A stretch of 63,042 bases of DNA, filler included, from Kipferlia bialata (Eukaryota): the NCBI GenBank assembly GCA_003568945.1. It is 6 parts of 6 records of this genome, joined end to end, with 100 filler letters (N's around TTAATTAATTAA, not from the genome) between each part and the next. Parts side by side here need not be neighbours in the genome. Positions count along the whole stretch, not along the records: positions 10,540 to 20,974 come from BDIP01001428.1; positions 21,075 to 31,502 come from BDIP01001429.1; 4 more parts are not named here. One strand, written 5' to 3'. Made by a program: the position numbers and the translations under genes. Below the pieces are notes generated by a model, which was not told the DNA's origin, did not search any database, and worked only from the letters and a program-made list of their open reading frames with translations. This document shows, piece after piece, positions 13,022-26,040 of the stretch (positions are counted from its first letter, which is position 1; each line of letters begins with the position of its first letter).

Positions 13022-15255
13022 ACCTGGGTCTGGGCATGCACTGGCAGCGCTGAGGGCATGGCTCCTGTATGCCAGGTCGATGTCTGCACTGCGACACACC
13101 TCCAGCAGCAGGGTGAGGCCTGGTGCAGCGAGCGGCCTGCAGTGTGCGAGGGAGGCGAGGCCAGCTGCCACGAAGGGGTCCTCTATGTGGGGTGTCACCA
13201 GGGCCACATCAATGGGGGGCCAGAGACCAGCAGACATGCCGGAGGAGGCAGCGGCTAGGGAGGGGACCTGGGCTGGGGTCCAGTAGCAGCCTGGGAGGCC
13301 GATGACCTCGTGGGGGGCAGTGCCAGTGGCCACACAGGATATGGGTGCCGCCAGAGACATGCCCATGGCCTTGAGGTATACACCTGCCATGACAGGGGTG
13401 TCGACAGTCAGGAGGAAGGGGGTGGGGGCCTCGCCAGCCCGCTCTGCCTCTCTCTCTCTCTCTGCATGGCACCTGAGGAGGTGTCTGAGACAGGCAGCCA
13501 CCCCCAGACAGGCCAGGTCGGGCTCATCTGACAGTAGGAAGGGGAGCATCGGGGGGACGTGCTCCAGCAGGGCAGCGTCTCTCTCTCTCTCTCCCTCCCC
13601 CCCACTGCTGTCTGCCGTGGCACACACCACAGCTAGTACACCGCACAGGGCCTGCTTGAGGGGTGTGGGTGTCTTGGCATTCACCATCTGTCCAACCTCA
13701 CCCAGTAAGGTGGTCAGGGCCTCTGTGCCTGTGGCAGTGTGGGACCTAGACAGGATGGTGGCGGCAAAGAGACCAGCTGCCACGGCAGGGGCTACACTAA
13801 GCTTCCTCTTCCTGACCCTCAGGAACTTGACAGAGGCATTGACAACGGCCACCAGGGCACGCCGCAGCAGCTCACACATGTAGACAGGGCCTGAGACTAG
13901 GGGGGCGAGGCAGGCAGCGATGCAGGGGAGCACCACCGGCCCCCGGAGCTCGAGGTCTGTGGTCTTGAACTTGGCCAGGACTACACCCTCCACCTTGGCC
14001 ACTGCCCAGTCGGCACACCCCGTGCCATACACCCGGGCCAGGGCATGGGGCTGCACAGCAAGCTGGGGTCTGTTCCTGGGGGGTCAGAGGGAGACAGAGA
14101 GAGTGGAGGGATATATATACACACATCCGGTTATAGACGTGACTGCAAGTGATGGCGGGTACCTGAGTGTCTCCAGCAGGGCCAGCACGTGTGTGGTGCA
14201 CAGCTCTGCAGCCATCTGACAGTGGGCACTCAGGGCAACACCACCCACAAGCACAGACAGTAAAGGTAGGCAGGCAGACACGCGCTGCACTAGGGGGACA
14301 GAGGCACCGCGGGGCTGGCCCTGGGGTGAGAGAGAGGTGGATGTAGTATGCAGTGAGTATGACCAGTCAATTTGGCACAGAGGAATGGATGACGCACCGG
14401 CATGTGCATGTTGCAGAGAAGGCCGCTGAAGAGCTCCAGTGCCCAGAACCTGTACTGGGACACGTTGACATTGACATTGGACCTGGTGCACAGGAGGGAG
14501 AAGAGGGGGCACGCATGCTGGGCAACCTAGGGTAAGAGAGGGGGGAGGGGGAGTGTCGGAGAGAGAGAGATGTGGGGGGGGGGGTTATTGTGAACTGTTA
14601 TATGGTGAGAGAAGTGCGGCGTATGAGAACCTATGGGATAGATCAATAACAGTACCAAATATGGTAGAATAGACAATGCACCAGTCAGTCTAGTATACTA
14701 CACCCATACCTGAGCCAGCAGTGTGGGCACACCGAGGACCTGTGACGAGAGGTATGGCTGCGTGACTGGTATGGATGGTGTGGACAGACCAGGGTAGAAG
14801 GGAAGAGCGGCAGGGTCAGAGGGGGGTGACACTGCCTCATATGTGCCGCAGAACCGCATGACATCCCCCACCGCTGCCTTGACCACACTGAACACCCTCC
14901 CAGTCACGTCATCGCTGAGGTCTGTCTCCACAAAGGACAGAATGCCGCTGAACAGCTTGCAGGCCACTATGTGGAAGGCAAGGGGACGGAAGCCGGGGAG
15001 GTCCGTCTCAGTCTCTGGGGTCGAGGTATGGGTCAGGGCATTGGCGTGCCAGTCCCTAATCAGCCTCGACAGCGTCTCAATCTCGTGCACTGCTATGGGG
15101 ATAAGTGCATTGGCCTCCATCCAAAACTCCTTGGTCTCAGCAGAGGTCCCAAACGTGGCTGCCAGCGACGACTGGCACACCTCAGCCTCAGCATCTATCA
15201 ATCGATCGGCTAGAAGTAGAAAGTCCCGCCAATGGGACGTCGTAGCTTGGCTCAT
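10540..15255 (-). CDS. Large helical-repeat protein, possibly Furry/Tao3/Mor2-like; 3' end truncated at contig edge
   Basis: ATG at 15255, multi-exon with long exons (e.g. ~13022-14074). N-terminus F...ADRLI...F...ANAL...A...L...I..W...RPLAFHIVACKLFSGIL follows the Furry N-terminal pattern F...AEKKI...F..L.......A....L...L..W...R.LA...IFC..L..VL. Confidence 0.45.
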
Positions 15256-15517
15256 CGCCTGTTATAGAGGAAAACGGGTTGGAAGACTCTGGTTAGAGAT
15301 GAAGTCTAAACCAAGGTATCTCAAAACGCAAGTAAAAGGACAATAGGTTCAATATGGGCCTGTGTACTGATACAAAGGCTCGGTCGAGTGCGTTCTTCAC
15401 GCTACACTCCTGAAAAAGGCAGCCTTAGCCTGCCCCCTGAAGTGACTCCAACATTTTTGTCATCGAGAACCCGATTACAAAGTGACCTCTGTCTACACAC
15501 GAGTGTGCCCTGCGCCC

Positions 15518-18500
15518 ATGCAGGTTGATGACCCTGTTATTCAGCTGTCTGTGTCTGTAGCCGAGTGGCTGGAGGAGTCCTTTCAGGCCGTGCTTTCATC
15601 GGAAACGAGGGATGCTGTGACTCCCCCCCCTTCCACTCTGTCCACCCTTCTCTTCAGTGTCCACCTGGCCCAGCCCCCAGTCAACAGACCAAGGCTGTCT
15701 AGGCATCTGGAGAGGGTACTGATGGGTCATGTTGAGACTGCAGCGGCCACCCAGTTCCAGACACAGGAGCAGTACACTGATGTGTATGTCTCCACTACCA
15801 ACCGAGTCCTGACCGCATGCTCCATGCTCTCATCCTGTCTGATGTTAAGATACGCAGACCTCCAGGTACATCTGATGGTGCCAGTATTGCCCCCCCCCCC
15901 CTCTCCCCTCCTCCCTCTCTCTCTCCTTCTCTATCTATCACTACACACCTATATACTCACCCCCTAGGTCCGTGTGGCCAGCACATGGGTCCAGGGCTGC
16001 ACCAAGCAGGGCGGCCAGACCCTCACCTACCATGTGCAGCACGTGCTGGGGGTGGTGTGGGATGCAGTGTTCAACCTGGCAGGTAGACAGAATGTATATA
16101 CTATATTATATAGTCAGTATAGGACTCATTCTATATACTAACTACATCCTGTCAGACAGTTTCAGGTGTGTATGACTAGATCCCTATATCTGACCCCAGA
16201 CCCCCCTGCCCAGCTTCGTCACTTGGTCCAGGCATCTGTCCTCCTGGTGCCTAGGTATGGTATATATATATACTTGTGGAACAGTCTGTTTGTGAGTACT
16301 ATTGGTATCCTATTGTCAGACAGTCAACTGTATCAATGACAGCATGTCCAATTCACCCATGTAACCTTGTGCTCTCTCCCCCCCTGACCCTCAGACAGAT
16401 GGGTGCCCTGGCCAGGATGGGAGGGGGGGAGGGGTACTTTGCGGTGAGTGGTGTACCAGAGTGTACTAGAGTATACTATATATCTGACTATATATTCCTC
16501 ATATCCATCTATATGGTGAGAACCCGTATAGAAGAATCTGCATTGTGTCTCAGTGTGTATCACCTCTGACCGTAGACCCGTCTGACCGAGATGAACCTGC
16601 TGCTGGTGGGCAGAGGCTTCCTCACACACTGCCAGAGGTAGGGATAGGCCTAGAGACATGTGTGGCTATGGTGTATATATCCGTTACTTGGGTCCACAGG
16701 ATACTGCCGCATTGTCCTTGGTCACACACTCTCTCTCTCCTTACCCCCCAGGATCCGTGCCCGCATCCCCCTGGTGTGTAAGGGTCTGGGTCTGGACTGG
16801 GTCAGAGAGATAGACACGGCATTCAAGGCAGCGGTGTTCAGGTCAGGAGCATCTGTAGTATACATTAGTTGTTCTGAGTTTACAATGAGGTCTATCTATA
16901 TGTATATATCCCTGACCGTCAGGTGCCACACCTCTCTGACCAATGTGTTTGCAGAGGCACTCATCAAGGGGGACAGACAGGTAGCGCTGTATTGTAAAGT
17001 ACACACTCCATACCAAATGTTCTGGCACTCTATACTTAAGAAGTGGGGATGGACTTTTGGAAGAGTCAGAACGATACTATATGTATTGTATAATATCTCT
17101 ACCTCACCCCAGGCCCTGCAGACCCTCCTAGTCGACCACCATCTCAACAGTGCCCAGTTCGGGTGGGTTATATACCGCGTAACACTAATCATTAGCATAA
17201 TTTTATATATATGGGTTGTCTGTCTATCCTGTCTGACCCGCCAGGGAGGTCTCCTTCCACGTTGTGTCCAGGGTCATCGCACATGAGTTTGCATCCAGTC
17301 CTGACTTTGTGGCAGGTACTGGACACTGTGTCTGTATGTATGAATGCAGATCCAGTAAGAATTTGTGATACCTGCAGGAACTTGGTTTTCTGATGATATT
17401 GAGGCGTTATGTACCCCACCTCCCCTCTCTTCTACCACCCCGGTTGTATCTAAATAGTGTTGTCTCTATCTCTTACCCAGGTGTGTCCTCTGCCATGGTC
17501 AGGCTCAACCACATGGTGTCCCTACTCAGTGTGTCCCCGTCCTTCGCAGTCTATCTCAGAAGGCGCTTCGAGAGGGACACATCCCCTCTGGACCTACCTG
17601 CACTGTCCCCCAAGGTGGGATTGATCTACTGATTTGTGTGTCGACTATGCTGAACACCCTCTCTCTGGTTATATACATCTAACTGGTAGGAGGTGGGCGA
17701 GGGTCTTCTGGTTGCCCTCAGACACTTCACATCGATGAAGGCAGAGGGGGATGGAGAGAGTAACACTGAGGGGGCTAGGGTGGTGTTCTCCCACCTATTG
17801 AGGCGCCTCCTGGTCTCCCCCGAGGTGCACAGTGTGTTCTCTGAGGCCTTAGTGTGTAGCTGGACATGCCTTAGACAGACACACACAGAGGCAGGGTCAG
17901 GGGGGTACAGGGGGTATGCTCTGGCCCAGGCTGACCTCGAGGCACTGTACTCCTTGCTGGGGGACTGCACCAAGCCACTGCAGGGTAAGACTGTGTATCT
18001 GTGTTAATGGAGTTTGAACGATGAGTACTATCGCGCTAACCCCTAGCCTTCACTGAGACCCTTGCTGTACTCAAGAGGATGGATGACCTGATCCCCCCAC
18101 CTACTGCTGCCACTGTACCCACCCTATCCCCCTATCTAGTAAGAGGGGAGGGCGATGACTCTGGGAAGAGGCACTCCTTACCGTCTGTCCCCACCTGTCT
18201 CTCTGCCCAGACATCAGCGTTCATGGCTAGGCTGGGCAGTGTAGTGCATGAGAGGCCCGAGCTGGAGTGGAGCAGTCAGAGGGGGGAGGCCGAGGTGGAG
18301 ATGGGCCTGGAGGGTGGGCGGTCTGTCACCCTGTACACCACCCCTGTCCTCATGCTGATACTCTGTGCTATAGCAGAGGGGGAGGCAGAGGGAGGGGCGG
18401 CAGTGTCTGAGGAGTACCTACTGTCAAAGACCCAGCTGGATAGGGACACATTCACCCTCAACGTGACATATCTAGTGACCAGTGGTATACTAGTCCAGTC

Positions 18501-18921
18501 AGGCACTGATGATGCACCATGCTACGCTGCCAACCTATCCCTAGACACACAGGGCAAGGACACCTTGTGTCTGTTCCCAGGTGGAAGGTACAGCAGCACC
18601 ATTGTGGACCCAGCACTCGAGAGAGAGAAGGAGAGAGAGAGAGAGAAGGCCGAGCAGGAGCAGAAGCTGCGTGGTGAGCTGCACTTTGACCGGACTGGGT
18701 ATGCCATCAGGGTGTGTCTGTACAAATACTACAAGGCGCAGCGGGAGGAGGAGAGGGAGGAGGGGGCACCCTATACTGCAGTCATGGCCCACATCCTGAG
18801 TGAGACCCAGGGGGTGGATGGGGTGGGACAGGCACAGGTCAAGGACGTCATCGACAGGCTGTGTGCCAGTTACACCCTCTATCGAGACGGGGACACTCTC
18901 TACATGGAGGATGACATATGA
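15518..18921 (+). CDS. Highly divergent cullin-family protein
   Basis: Multi-exon gene. The last exon has the cullin-homology segment PELEWSSQRGEAEV...VTLYTTPVLMLILCAI...LLSKTQL...LVTSGIL and a C-terminal winged helix DRTGYAIRVCLYKYYK...VKDVIDRLCASYTLYRD (cf. DR...I.AAIVRIMK...IK..IE.LIE.EY..RD). Confidence 0.7.
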
Positions 18922-19242
18922 GTGCCATCAAGGATGGAGTGGAATATAGCCGTTACCGTCAATTCTAGCTCTCCATAGTTGTTGAGTTCTGTTAAGTCTA
19001 CCTAATACCCATAGTCACAAGAGGCCATTACACACACAGAGATGGCGTCACGCTGCAACTGACACCCTCAACCTCCTCTCTAGCCTCTCTACAGTATTTG
19101 GGCCAAGGATTCTGGCTTGGAGCATATATGTCTTCTGGATTTCTAACAGTCTCTCTTCATAGACAGACTAACGGTACAATAGTTCTACTAGAACAACTGA
19201 TAGGTGTTGTTGTGTCATACATTAGGAGTCAGCGTTTCAGCT

Positions 19243-20421
19243 ATGGATGAACTACATGCTGTAGTGCAGCGCCAACCTTGGTACACAGGTGTGGCACTCT
19301 TTCCTCCTGTGCATAAGGGACGTACCATCTCTGTCGCTAGTCTGGGGCACAACAGTCTCATGATGACTTGTACATCTGACGATCGGTCAGGTGCAGTGGA
19401 TGATGATCTTGATCCAGAGACTACAAGCTTCGTGAGAACAGCCCACTGGTACATTCTGTGCCTCTCAGACACTGAGCTAGAACACAGTCTCAATTGTCAC
19501 AGGATTACGAGGCAGCCCATTGTTGGCCCTCTCAACCCACTTGGGGTATGTAACATTCAACTTGTAAGGGTTGGTGACAGTGTAGTAGCGTATGGGTCTC
19601 ATTCATCTGCAACCAACGGTACCCTGGTGCCTCACTGGTTTATGGCCGTCTACACAATTTCCTCTGGGGAGTGGGAGACTATTTCTCCCGTTCATGGTCA
19701 CTCTCCTCCGTTGCACGTTGAACCGCTGGTCTTTGCCATCGAAGACACCTTTGTTCTCACAGGGAATATCGCCAGATGCAGCAGCTGGCTATATGACACG
19801 TGGGAGTGGTCTCTAGACACAAGGGCGTGGAGACAGGTGGACGACTGTCCTCTCCATCTTTGCAAGTTTGACATGGGTTGCACCACTGGAGACATACACC
19901 ATCACTACGCGTGTCACGACAACACGGATTTTGAGATTGACTACACCAATGGGAGGTGGAGGATAGTGTATGACCATTGGCTACCAGTGCTTCACCCACT
20001 AGCACCACGAGAGTGTTATGAGGTGCTCGCTGTGCCCCTGTGTGGGTACCACCAGCTCCTCATATCCAGTTGCGCACTCTATGACAGGGATCCAATGACG
20101 GTACAGGTCGAGAGCAGAGACCCTGATGAATTCTGGGTATGCGACAGTGTGTCACAAGATCTTGTGGCCTTAGAGCCACTGTCGATCCCAGAAGGCACGT
20201 CCCTAGTGTTTGCTACGGTTACAATGGTCAATCCCACCACGCTGATGATACTACATGAAGAATACACCATGGTGGTGGATATCGACCCCCACATAGTCAG
20301 CCCAGAGTACCACACTAGCATGGTTGGGCAAGGGGCATGGAGAGCACTAGAGAGACAAGGGTCTGAGAGTGCCGACGAGAGTGAGAGCGAGGATGACTCC
20401 AGTCACACTCTCATTGAGTGA
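19243..20421 (+). CDS. Intronless kelch-like beta-propeller protein
   Basis: Uninterrupted ORF of ~392 aa from ATG 19243. Kelch-like blades: VVAYG...WFMAVYTISSGEWETI, and FVLTG...LYDTWEWSLDTRAWRQV. Confidence 0.6.
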   Translation: MDELHAVVQRQPWYTGVALFPPVHKGRTISVASLGHNSLMMTCTSDDRSGAVDDDLDPETTSFVRTAHWYILCLSDTELEHSLNCHRITRQPIVGPLNPLGVCNIQLVRVGDSVVAYGSHSSATNGTLVPHWFMAVYTISSGEWETISPVHGHSPPLHVEPLVFAIEDTFVLTGNIARCSSWLYDTWEWSLDTRAWRQVDDCPLHLCKFDMGCTTGDIHHHYACHDNTDFEIDYTNGRWRIVYDHWLPVLHPLAPRECYEVLAVPLCGYHQLLISSCALYDRDPMTVQVESRDPDEFWVCDSVSQDLVALEPLSIPEGTSLVFATVTMVNPTTLMILHEEYTMVVDIDPHIVSPEYHTSMVGQGAWRALERQGSESADESESEDDSSHTLIE

Positions 20422-20672
20422 GACTGACACCTCACAGTGTGAGTGAGGCATGATACACGTACAACGGAATGGTACTCTGTGCTCTATGCATTGGAACAGT
20501 CAGACCAGTTGAGAGAGAGCGAGCGAGCGAGAGAGAAAGTAGAGGGATGGGGACGTCAGTCTGAGATATCAGAGTGAGTCACTCAGTGAACAAAATGCGA
20601 ATCAACGGTTTGATTTCAACCCTGTGTTTTTGTCTAGGGGTTGTCACTAATAGATGGATCATCGTCTCTCTG

Positions 20673-20820
20673 ATGGCTCGCAAGCTACCTCCCGACGAGC
20701 ACATTGTGTGTTCCGGTATACCTGCCTCTGTGTGGGATGAGAGGTGTGAGACCCTGGAGGCACTGGTGGAGAGAGTGAGTGCTGCCACGGGGGGAGAGTG
20801 GATAACCCATACATACTCAG
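20673..20820 (+). CDS. First exon of a truncated hypothetical gene
   Basis: ATG 20673, MARKLPPDEHIVCSGIPAS...THTYS, then a GTGAGG donor; the contig ends in poly-C. Confidence 0.4.
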
Positions 20821-20927
20821 GTGAGGCACCCACTGCATCAAACAGCCTCTGATGTATCTATATGGCCATGTTATCATTTGAGGGGAACCTGTTGGTGTCC
20901 CAGTACTAATTGACTTTACGGTTATGT

Positions 20928-20974
<47 letters not shown>

Positions 20975-21074
20975 NNNNNNNNNNNNNNNNNNNNNNNNNN
21001 NNNNNNNNNNNNNNNNNNTTAATTAATTAANNNNNNNNNNNNNNNNNNNNNNNNNNNNNNNNNNNNNNNNNNNN
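20975..21074. other. Artificial contig spacer
   Basis: N44-TTAATTAATTAA-N44. Confidence 0.98.
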
Positions 21075-21767
21075 TGATGCCAGTGACATCTGTGTACCTG
21101 GAATAAGGGTGTAGAGAGAGAGAGAGAGATACCTAACCGAACTCTTACTCTCAACATGAATCTCTATATATACATATGAAGGGTAAATGTATACTTAGAG
21201 AAAGTGAAAACATACCTCGACGGGTGCCAGACTGCTGAGACATGACTGTCAACGACTATAAACATATCAGTCTATATTATATATTTATACATATAATGTA
21301 AATGTGTATATATATTTATGTACGTAAGCATGTACCTCGACGGATGCCACACAGCTGACACGTGACTGTCTATGAATATACACATATCAATGTATAGTAT
21401 ACATATACACAAACACATAACATACATATACTCAAGTATGTACCTTGATGGATGCCATACTGCTGAGACGTGGCTGTCTACATATATAGTCATCAATGAA
21501 AACACTGTTACTATAAATATTTATACATTCATATATATGTAGCTCCACTAACCTCGACGGGTGCCAGACCGCTGACACGTGGCTGTCTATGAATATCTGG
21601 TAGTCTGTCAGACTGTAGTCGATGGCATACTCCTCCTCCATCACAATCCTGAGGGTTAAAGGGTGTAGAGGGGGAGACAATATATATAGGCATACATACA
21701 TATATATATATATTGAGATATACGACCGCATACTCCTCCTCCATCACAATCCTGGGAGTTAAAGGGT

Positions 21768-21808
<41 letters not shown>

Positions 21809-21979
21809 AGTCGATGGCATACTCCTCCTTCATCACAATTCTGAGGGTGAGAGACTATATATGCATATATACACAGATACATACATAAGTATATATATAT
21901 ATAGAAACACATATATGACTGTAGTCGATGGCATACTCCTCCTCCATGACAATCCTGGGAGTAAAAGGGTGTAGAGAGA

Positions 21980-22013
<34 letters not shown>

Positions 22014-22073
22014 CTGTAGTCGATGGCATACTCCTCCTCCATCACAATCCTGGGAGTTAAAGGGTACAGAGGG

Positions 22074-22106
<33 letters not shown>

Positions 22107-22160
22107 GTCGATCGCATACTCCTCCTCCATGACAATCCTGAGGGTTAAAGGGTGTAGAGG

Positions 22161-22192
<32 letters not shown>

Positions 22193-22247
22193 CTGTAGTC
22201 GATGGCATACTCCTCCTCCATCACAACCCCGAGAGTTAAAGGGTGTA

Positions 22248-22285
<38 letters not shown>

Positions 22286-25233
22286 AGTCGATGGCATACA
22301 CCTCCTCCATCACAATCCTGGGAGTAAAAGGGTGTAGAGGGAGAGACAATATATATAGGCATACATACATATATATATAGAGAGATATACGACCGCATAC
22401 TCCTCCTCCATGACAATCCTGGGAGTTAAAGGGTGTATAGGGGTGTAGATAGAGTGTGTGGACGTAATAGTATAAATACAATGACACTGATACCTTATGA
22501 ACATGTGAGTGTCGTCCTTGAGTATCTCCATGTATATGCAATATATACTTAAAGTTGAACAGATATAGTATACATACACCTATACCTTATGAACATATGG
22601 GTATCGTCCTTGAGGATCTCCATGTACTCCACCCTCAGGCCATCCTGGGCATCGCTGGGGGTAAGGTGACACATAGACACGTATTATATACAGATATAAT
22701 ATATAATACATGAAGATAATAGGTCTACTACCCTCAGGCCATCCTGGGCATCGCTGGGTGTTAGATAGATGGTATATATATGGAACATATACAAGATGTA
22801 CTATGGAATACAATAGGAGAACAATACATATACAGATATGAACTCCACCCTCTGGCCATCTCGTGGGCATTGCTGGGGGGTTAAAGGACATTAAGTCTAT
22901 CTACATTGAACAAGTACACAATCAAATGACGAGTATTCACACACCCAACTCTAAGTGTAATTGTAATAATCCATTCTACCGTATCTTGACTATAGTCTGG
23001 TACTCTCCAGTCTGGTATAATGAATACTATAATATGTATAAAATATGAATATAATAATATAAATATGTATATAGTACCTCGATATAGTCTGGTACTCGTC
23101 AAAGAGGTCCATGAATATATATCTCTGTATCTATGTATATATCTATGTATACGTATATATATTAATGTTTATATATAATACATCTTACCTTGATATTGTC
23201 TGGTACTCGTCAAAGAGGTCCAGACAGGCATCCCCTGCAAACTCAGTGCCCATGTCATATCTCGCGTAGGACTGAGGGTAAGTCATTTACATATGTATTT
23301 GGAGAGTACTCCCTCTAGTATAGACATAATTGTATATACGTGTGTGTATATACTATATAGTATATCATATACCTGTCCCTCAGATGTATCTGCCACATCC
23401 CATGATAACATCCCCTCCTTGCAGCATATTCATGAATATATAAATAGAGAGAGATAGTATACTATATCCCCTATATATACCTGCCCCTCTGATGTATCAG
23501 CCACATCCCAGTCCATCATCCCCTCCTTGAGTGCCACATAGTCCAGGGCATACTATATATATGTACTATACATATACTCTCTATATATATAGTATGCAGT
23601 ATGTATTCTATACCTGTCCCTCTGATGTATCTGCCACATCCCATGATAGCATCCCCTCCTTGAGTGCGGCATAGTCCAGGGCATAATATGGAGATATACT
23701 ATATATATACATATACTATATAGTATATCATATACCTGTCCCTCTGAAGTGTCAGCTACGTTCCAGTCCATCATCCCCTCCTTGAGTGCCACATAGTCCA
23801 GGGCCTCGCCAGTGTCAATACTGGTGGAGTCGTCCTCAGTCTCTATGGCGTCCATAATCTATGGTGAGTATATGGATATATACTAATACATAATTAAAGG
23901 TAGAGAGTGTCAATGGACGTGGAATCACCTACATTCTCTATAGCGTCCATAATCTGACATAAGAAAATATCTCAAAAGTCTTTACAACGTCCATGATATA
24001 TACTGCATGTATACTAACACATGTGTTTCATACATCTATATATATAGAGAGAGAGAAAGTGTCAATGAACGTGGAGCCATCTTCTTTTTCTATGGCATCC
24101 ATGATATCTAAGGTGAGTGAATATGTATATACCCCCATACACCCGTATACCGCAGATACAAACACACAAATACACATCATGTGTGGAGATACTTACACCG
24201 CTATACACTCACCATGTCACATATGTCTGCTGTCCCGATAATAGTTCTAGAGTGCACGTATAATAGTAAACACTTAAATACATTCCAGTACTAATAATAA
24301 TATATGCACCATACTCACCATGTCGTATGTGTCAGCTGTCCCGACCCCTGGCCATACTGGAGATGAGGGGGTATAGAGGGGGAAATTGAGGGGGTAGCGA
24401 GAGAGAGTTCGAGTGGGTAGCGAGAGGGAGAGAGAGGAATATGAGTGAATAGAGTAGGACCATAAACTGAATGATTGAAACTGAGGTTGTGTGGACTGCA
24501 TATTGCCCTGGTAGACTGGGCTATTCACATCCTATTACAGGTATAACAATGTTTGTACACAGATCATCAATGCATATTTTACACTGTGTACATACCCATG
24601 TTGCCCTGGTACACTGGGCCAGGGTAGTCCATGGTGCCGGAGAAGCCTAGCGGGTGAGGTATAGTGCCCAAATCATAAAGACGGTATACTATACACAGGT
24701 GTGAAACCATGTATGTATATCCGCGCAGAAGCGAGAGGGTGAGACCCATTTAGAATGATAATTCAATATTGAAAGAATAATATCAATCATTCTTTAAATA
24801 ATTTGAGAGAAGTACCTCCCCTAGGCAGTGGCACTGGTAGACGTAGATAAGATATATATGTTCACAAACTGAATAGAATGCTAACACACCTGTACGTGGT
24901 AAGGGGACTGGTAGAAGTACACTGATCCCACCCCCGTTGGTGGGGTAGATCAGAGTCTCAGTACCAGAGAGAGTCAGTCTGGAGTGAGGGGATATAGTAG
25001 AACAAATAGTCGTATAATGACTATACTTACAAACCAAGGATGAATGACCCTATTCTGTACCCGCTGGCCAAGGGAGTATATCTGCTATCCATATACCCAT
25101 ATAGGTACAATACTAATTCCCATACACCATACACGTATAGTGTAGTTACCTTAGAGCGAAGGAGACTGATCTGTACCCGTTGGCCAGTGCAGTGCGGCAG
25201 GAAGAGGTGACAGAGAGAGGCTCACTGGGTATG

Positions 25234-25289
<56 letters not shown>

Positions 25290-25465
25290 GCAGGAGGATG
25301 TGACGGAGAGGGGCTCACTGGCTATGAGATATATATATATATAGAGAGAGAGACGGTGACTGAATATAGAGAATATACCAAATACATACAACTATCTAAT
25401 ATCCTCCGACCTTATATCCTCAATGTCCTGTCCATCCAGACTCAGACTCTCCAGACAGTCTGACC

Positions 25466-25501
<36 letters not shown>

Positions 25502-25995
25502 CATATATATAATACACCTAATGTCTTCTACGTCCTGCCCATCCAGACTCAGACTCTCCAGACACCTCTCTCTCTCTCTCCCTATATATATATATAACTA
25601 TATATATACATGTAACAATACCTTATATCCTCCACGTCCTGCCCATCCAGACTCAGACTCTCCAGACAGTCAGAGACCCATATATATATACAAACACATA
25701 TCTATAATCCCATATATATAGTGTAGTGTAAATTGATACCTAATATCTTCCACATCCTGTCCATCCAGACTCAGACTCTCCAGACAGTCCGACCCTACTC
25801 TCTCTCTCTCTCTCTCTCCCTCTCTCTCTCTCTCTCCCTATATACATATATATATATATATACATATATACATACTATACCTGATATCCTCCACATCCTG
25901 TCCATCCAGACTCAGACTCTCCAGACAGTCTGACACATCCGATAGGGTGGGGATGGCAGACAGAGGGATAGTGAGCTGGTTTATTAGAGAGAGGG

Positions 25996-26040
<45 letters not shown>

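Noticed and set aside
21596..22430. CRISPR-like repeat-spacer array
   Set aside because: The repeats are exon fragments with splice sites, the spacers are microsatellites, there are no cas genes and the context is eukaryotic.
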